From the IMG/VR virus record IMGVR_UViG_3300030106_005234: a DNA stretch of 20,000 bases; one strand, written 5' to 3'. How positions within the stretch are numbered: the first letter of the stretch is position 1; each line of letters starts with the position of its first letter. The stretch comes from an uncultured virus (IMG/VR IMGVR_UViG_3300030106_005234). Taxonomy: Duplodnaviria; Heunggongvirae; Uroviricota; Caudoviricetes. The translations under genes and the position numbers were made by a program. Below, in pieces: positions 17,002 to 20,000 of this stretch. The notes below the pieces were generated by a model. It was not told the origin of the DNA. It ran no database searches and saw only the letters and a program-made list of their open reading frames with translations.

Positions 17002-17712
17002 ATGGCAATTTTAGCTTCAGAAGATTCAGGGGGCGAGTATGAACAAGTTCCTACCGGCACGCATAATGCCGTGTGCTACCAGCTCGTTGACGCTGGCACG
17101 TCAATGGACGAGTTCCAAGGCACCGAAAAGAAACGCCACTTCGTGTACATCTTTTGGGAACTGCCAGATTTGCCGATGGCGGATGGCCGACCCATGTCGA
17201 TAAGCCTTAAATACAACCTGACGCTGCACGAGTCGGGAAAGCTGCGGCGGCATTTGCAATCATGGCGCAACCGGGCGTTCACCGAGGAAGAGCTGAAGTC
17301 GTTCGACCTGACGCAGATCTTGGGCACAAACTGCAAAATTGACGTTGGCCTCAATAGCAATAACAGAGCGAAAGTGCTGAACGTGTTTGCCGCAGACGGC
17401 GGCTCGAAAAAGGTTGAAACGGTCAACGAACAGACGGTTTTCGATCTTGAGGACTACTGCCTTGAATATTCTGGGCAATCGAACGAAGCCAGCAAGCACG
17501 CCTGTGATGTGTTAGAGGCATTGCCAGTTTACATTCAGTGGGACATCGCAGGATGCGACGAACCGGGGCGTGATCCACGACCACCGTGTTTTGAGGTGCA
17601 GGCAGCAATGAAGAAGGCGCAAAAGCCTACAGCTAAGAAAAAAGCTGCGCCGAAGAAGGACGATCCTGCACCAGATGACGGGGCACCGTTTGACGACGAC
17701 ATCCCGTTTTAG
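17002..17712 (+). CDS. Phage single-stranded DNA-binding-like replication protein
   Basis: VPTGTHNAVCYQLVDAGT...LRRHLQSWRNRAFTEEELKSFDL pattern and the acidic C-terminal tail FDDDIPF typical of SSBs. Lies between the primase-helicase and the exonuclease. Confidence 0.75.
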   Translation: MAILASEDSGGEYEQVPTGTHNAVCYQLVDAGTSMDEFQGTEKKRHFVYIFWELPDLPMADGRPMSISLKYNLTLHESGKLRRHLQSWRNRAFTEEELKSFDLTQILGTNCKIDVGLNSNNRAKVLNVFAADGGSKKVETVNEQTVFDLEDYCLEYSGQSNEASKHACDVLEALPVYIQWDIAGCDEPGRDPRPPCFEVQAAMKKAQKPTAKKKAAPKKDDPAPDDGAPFDDDIPF

Positions 17713-17715
17713 GGG

Positions 17716-17874
17716 ATGGTGATGCAAACAATCCTACAAATTGTGATGCGTATGCGTGGTTTCATGGCAGAATGTCACGACAAAATGATGACAGGTAGGA
17801 TGTCGCACCTGACCGGATATGCGGTGGTCGCAACGTTCGTGGCAGGATTGGTCATTGGAATGTTGATTGGCTAA
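17716..17874 (+). CDS. Small membrane peptide (50-52 aa), not in the ORF track
   Basis: MVMQTILQIVMRMRGFMAECHDKMMTGRMSHLTGYAVVATFVAGLVIGMLIG*, with a C-terminal hydrophobic helix and AGGGG RBS. Confidence 0.6.
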   Translation: MVMQTILQIVMRMRGFMAECHDKMMTGRMSHLTGYAVVATFVAGLVIGMLIG

Positions 17875-17999
17875 GGGTTCATCACGCCCTCCAACGGTGC
17901 CCCGCCCACCGAGCCAGAAGGCGGGACTATTTAGAGCAAGGGTCTACCCCCTTTCCCGCGTGTCGCCCGGCCCACGTGCTCGACAGGTCGGGTTTTTTT
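17873..17999 (+). ncRNA. Tandem pair of hairpin + H-type pseudoknot RNA-like motifs
   Basis: Unit 1: AGGGT..GCCCT, CGGTG/CACCG, CCCGCC/GGCGGG. Unit 2: AAGGG..CCCTT, CGTG/CACG, CCCGGCC/GGTCGGG, followed by T7. Confidence 0.5.
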
Positions 18000-18782
18000 A
18001 TGGAAAAAATTATGGATTTCGAACCCGGCATTTATGAAGACCTTGATTACCCGACTTACGACTCGATCCCCGCTTGGCGCAGTCATGACCTGACCGCCAT
18101 TGCCAAGTGCCCGTATACGTGGAAGTACGGCGTTTTCAACGAGTCGCCAGCCTTGTTGGAAGGTCGGGTGCAGCACTCGGTGTTCCTGGAGCACCACAAA
18201 TTTTTTGATGAGTACGCCATCCAACCGGCGGTTGATAGGCGCACCAAGGCCGGCAAGGCCGAGTATGCCGAATGGCTTGAGGATGTCGGTGACCGCACCC
18301 CGGTCAAGCAGGATCTGTACGACCTGTGCATGGAGCGGCGTGAGATTGTGTCCGACTACATCCCCAAGCAGAGCGATCACGTTGAGCTGACAATATGTTT
18401 CATGTGGAACAATCAGCAGTGCAAGGGCAAGCTCGACTGGCATACCGGCACAGACATTTGGGATCTGAAGACGTGTCGTGACGCTTCACCCCGTGGCTTT
18501 CGCAGCGCGATCAATACGTTCAAGTACCACCAGCAAGCCGCGTTCTATCTGGCCGGGTGCAGGGCCGTGGGGCTGCCCACTGAAAAGTTCTACTTCTTGG
18601 CGCAAGAGAAAACACACCCCTACCCGTTCGCGGTTTACACCCTGTCTGATGAAGCCGTGGCCTACGGTGACGCTCAGAATGAGCAGGCAATGGCGACAGG
18701 TCTGCGCTGCAAGGAGCAAGACGTGTACCTACCCTATGACGTTGTTGGGGTGACTGAGTTTGACCTCTCCGACCTTTACTGA
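18000..18782 (+). CDS. RecE/exonuclease VIII-like PD-(D/E)XK nuclease (DUF3799-type)
   Basis: PGIYEDLDYPTY, ALLEGRVQHSVFLE, VDRRTKAGK, CKGKLD...IWDLKT, YHQQAAFY and FYFLAQEK. Start is ATG 18000 or 18012. Confidence 0.88.
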   Translation: MEKIMDFEPGIYEDLDYPTYDSIPAWRSHDLTAIAKCPYTWKYGVFNESPALLEGRVQHSVFLEHHKFFDEYAIQPAVDRRTKAGKAEYAEWLEDVGDRTPVKQDLYDLCMERREIVSDYIPKQSDHVELTICFMWNNQQCKGKLDWHTGTDIWDLKTCRDASPRGFRSAINTFKYHQQAAFYLAGCRAVGLPTEKFYFLAQEKTHPYPFAVYTLSDEAVAYGDAQNEQAMATGLRCKEQDVYLPYDVVGVTEFDLSDLY

Positions 18783-18957
18783 TCAGGAAGAGCTGTGGGC
18801 GGAGCAGATCAAATATCACTGTGCCCGTCGCATCTGGTTCCAACGTAACGAGAAAACCCCTTCTGGCAAAAGTACCTGGGCTGATTGGTTCAGCAAAAAG
18901 TTTGGCGAGCCATACCATGAGTACGCCGAGCGTATGCGAAAAAAGAAGCTCGAATAG
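18760..18957 (+). CDS. Hypothetical protein (about 65 aa)
   Basis: TTG start overlapping the exonuclease end; TPSGKSTWADWFSKKFGE. Its stop TAG is the first 3 nt of the promoter repeat. Confidence 0.6.
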   Translation: MTSPTFTDQEELWAEQIKYHCARRIWFQRNEKTPSGKSTWADWFSKKFGEPYHEYAERMRKKKLE

Positions 18958-19036
18958 TATACTTTTTTGCATTTATTTGCATATATATGTAGACAACGAC
19001 ACGGCATTGTGGGATACTTCTTTTGTCGGGGCAATG
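18955..19036 (+). repeat. Promoter-stem-loop cassette, copy 1
   Basis: 82 bp, 75/82 identical to 19856-19937. Contains an AT-rich UP element, TAGACA (18990)-17 bp-GATACT (19013), GACACG in the spacer and a downstream hairpin. Confidence 0.92.
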
Positions 19037-19066
19037 AGGCCAAGGCACAAAGGGAAATTGGAGAAG

Positions 19067-19351
19067 ATGATGTACGAGAAAAAAGTATTTAACGAATACA
19101 TAATTGATCGGATGTTTAGGCACTTCGTTGAAGGTGATTTGCAGTACGGTGTTCTTCATCTTGCTATGCGCATGAGCGAACACTTCATCAAGGAAAAGGT
19201 AGAAAGTATGAGCGGCCCGTGGAACGGCACCCCGATTGAAGCTCGAACGGCTGAAGAGAATGAGTTGTTGCAAGAAATGCTCGACTACCTGCTTGATCGT
19301 GTTGATCTGTATTACGCAAACGCAGAAGACATCCGAGCAGTTTTCGAATAA
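19067..19351 (+). CDS. Hypothetical protein (94 aa; start MMYEKK)
   Basis: GGAG RBS at 19060-19063 directly downstream of cassette copy 1. Confidence 0.8.
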   Translation: MMYEKKVFNEYIIDRMFRHFVEGDLQYGVLHLAMRMSEHFIKEKVESMSGPWNGTPIEARTAEENELLQEMLDYLLDRVDLYYANAEDIRAVFE

Positions 19352-19371
19352 AAGGTTGCGTAAGCGGCTCG

Positions 19372-19432
19372 ATCCAACTGATGAGCTGGGCGGGTGGTTC
19401 CCGCCCCGAAACCTTCGGGTCTTGGATAACCA
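19372..19432 (+). ncRNA. Hammerhead ribozyme, type I, with loop II pseudoknot; predicted cleavage after C19421
   Basis: Stem I ATCCAA/TTGGAT; core CTGATGA (19378-19384); stem II G-ct-GGGCGGG-TGGTT-CCCGCCC-C; GAAA (19408-19411); stem III ACC-TTCG-GGT; GTC triplet. Loop TGGTT is complementary to AACCA (19428-19432). Confidence 0.95.
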
Positions 19433-19443
19433 AATTGGAAAAG

Positions 19444-19851
19444 ATGATAATGTTTTACAACCTAGCCATATATCAATTAGCAAAAAGAAAATTAGGCGAC
19501 GAGCTGTACGCTAATGACTCAGATGAGCACACAAGACGCAACCGCCGAGCCGTCAGAAAAGACGCGCCGGTAGATTCTTTGCAGGTTCGCGCAGATCTGA
19601 AAAATGAACTCGCCGAACTACAGTGTGACGGCATGGTGCCGGTATACGTGTGGCAAAGAGACTGTGATGGATTTGCACGTTCATCAGTGGAACTGATCCC
19701 GGCTACGGTTATGGCTTACGCCAAGTATGAGGACAGCGAATATCGCAATGCTGAGGGACAGATTACCGTCTACCCCATCAGCCATGAAGAGGCCATAGAA
19801 TATGAGCCATCCTTCCGTGACCGCAAAATTGTTCAGCACCTCAATTACTAA
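19444..19851 (+). CDS. Hypothetical phage protein (about 135 aa; start MIMFYN)
   Basis: GGAAAAG RBS before ATG 19444/19450. The ORF-track ATG at 19381 lies in the ribozyme core. Contains VYVWQRDCDG. Confidence 0.8.
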   Translation: MIMFYNLAIYQLAKRKLGDELYANDSDEHTRRNRRAVRKDAPVDSLQVRADLKNELAELQCDGMVPVYVWQRDCDGFARSSVELIPATVMAYAKYEDSEYRNAEGQITVYPISHEEAIEYEPSFRDRKIVQHLNY

Positions 19852-19855
19852 CAAT

Positions 19856-19937
19856 TAGTATACTTTTTTACATTTATTTGCATAAAAGTGTAGACAACGA
19901 CACGGGATTTTGCGATACTTCTTTTGTCGGGGCAATG
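19856..19937 (+). repeat. Promoter-stem-loop cassette, copy 2
   Basis: TAGACA (19891)-17 bp-GATACT (19914) with GACACG in the spacer; hairpin TTTTGTCG-G-GGCA-ATGG-TGCC-AA-CGGCAAAA. Confidence 0.92.
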
Positions 19938-19972
19938 GTGCCAACGGCAAAACGGGAAAAAGAGGAACTGCC

Positions 19973-20000
19973 ATGCAAGAACGAATCGAATTAAAAGTAG
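19973..20000 (+). CDS. Start of the next cassette-driven gene (partial)
   Basis: GAGGA RBS at 19962-19966, then ATG CAA GAA CGA ATC GAA TTA AAA GTA, running off the window. Confidence 0.6.

Noticed and set aside
17873..17999. HDV-like/theta ribozyme interpretation of the pseudoknots
   Set aside because: There is no P3/L3 or P1.1 element between the P2 5' strand and the P1 3' strand, so the topology does not fit.
18646..18672. CTGATGA followed by a hairpin inside the exonuclease gene
   Set aside because: No GAAA follows the stem, so the catalytic core is incomplete.
18821..19066. N-terminal extension of ORF 18821..19351
   Set aside because: It runs through another gene and the promoter repeat. 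The RBS supports ATG 19067/19070.
19381..19443. N-terminal extension of ORF 19381..19851 from the ORF track
   Set aside because: The ATG is part of the hammerhead CTGATGA core and has no RBS. The real start is more likely 19444 or 19450.
18955..19937. CRISPR array or attL/attR interpretation of the 82-bp repeats
   Set aside because: Only two long copies separated by whole genes, no cas genes, and the repeat content is a promoter.

Overview
This is a 20 kb segment of a tailed dsDNA bacteriophage or prophage genome. Gene style and sigma70/IHF-type sites suggest a proteobacterial host, possibly marine (inference). From left to right it carries: (1) a minus-strand tail module with a 1023-aa tail fibre ending in an S74-type chaperone domain; (2) a divergently transcribed block of small accessory genes with a serine recombinase and an SprT-like HExxH protein; (3) a 1243-aa polyvalent protein with two ADP-ribosyltransferase-like domains, a Holliday-junction resolvase, a Gly/Gln/Met low-complexity protein and a terminase small subunit next to a palindrome/IHF-site region; (4) a TOPRIM-VapE primase-helicase with a candidate origin, an SSB-like protein and a RecE-like exonuclease; (5) the start of an array of small genes, each behind a repeated promoter-stem-loop cassette. 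The most notable content is non-coding. A complete type I hammerhead ribozyme with a loop-II pseudoknot (19372-19432) sits between two genes inside one cassette unit. There is also an 82-bp repeated promoter cassette whose GACACG spacer motif recurs in the divergent promoters at 6.7 kb, a tandem pair of covarying hairpin-plus-pseudoknot RNA-like motifs (17873-17999), and a candidate antisense-oriented sRNA with an anti-Shine-Dalgarno loop (about 12340-12418). All calls come from reading the sequence; no searches were run.
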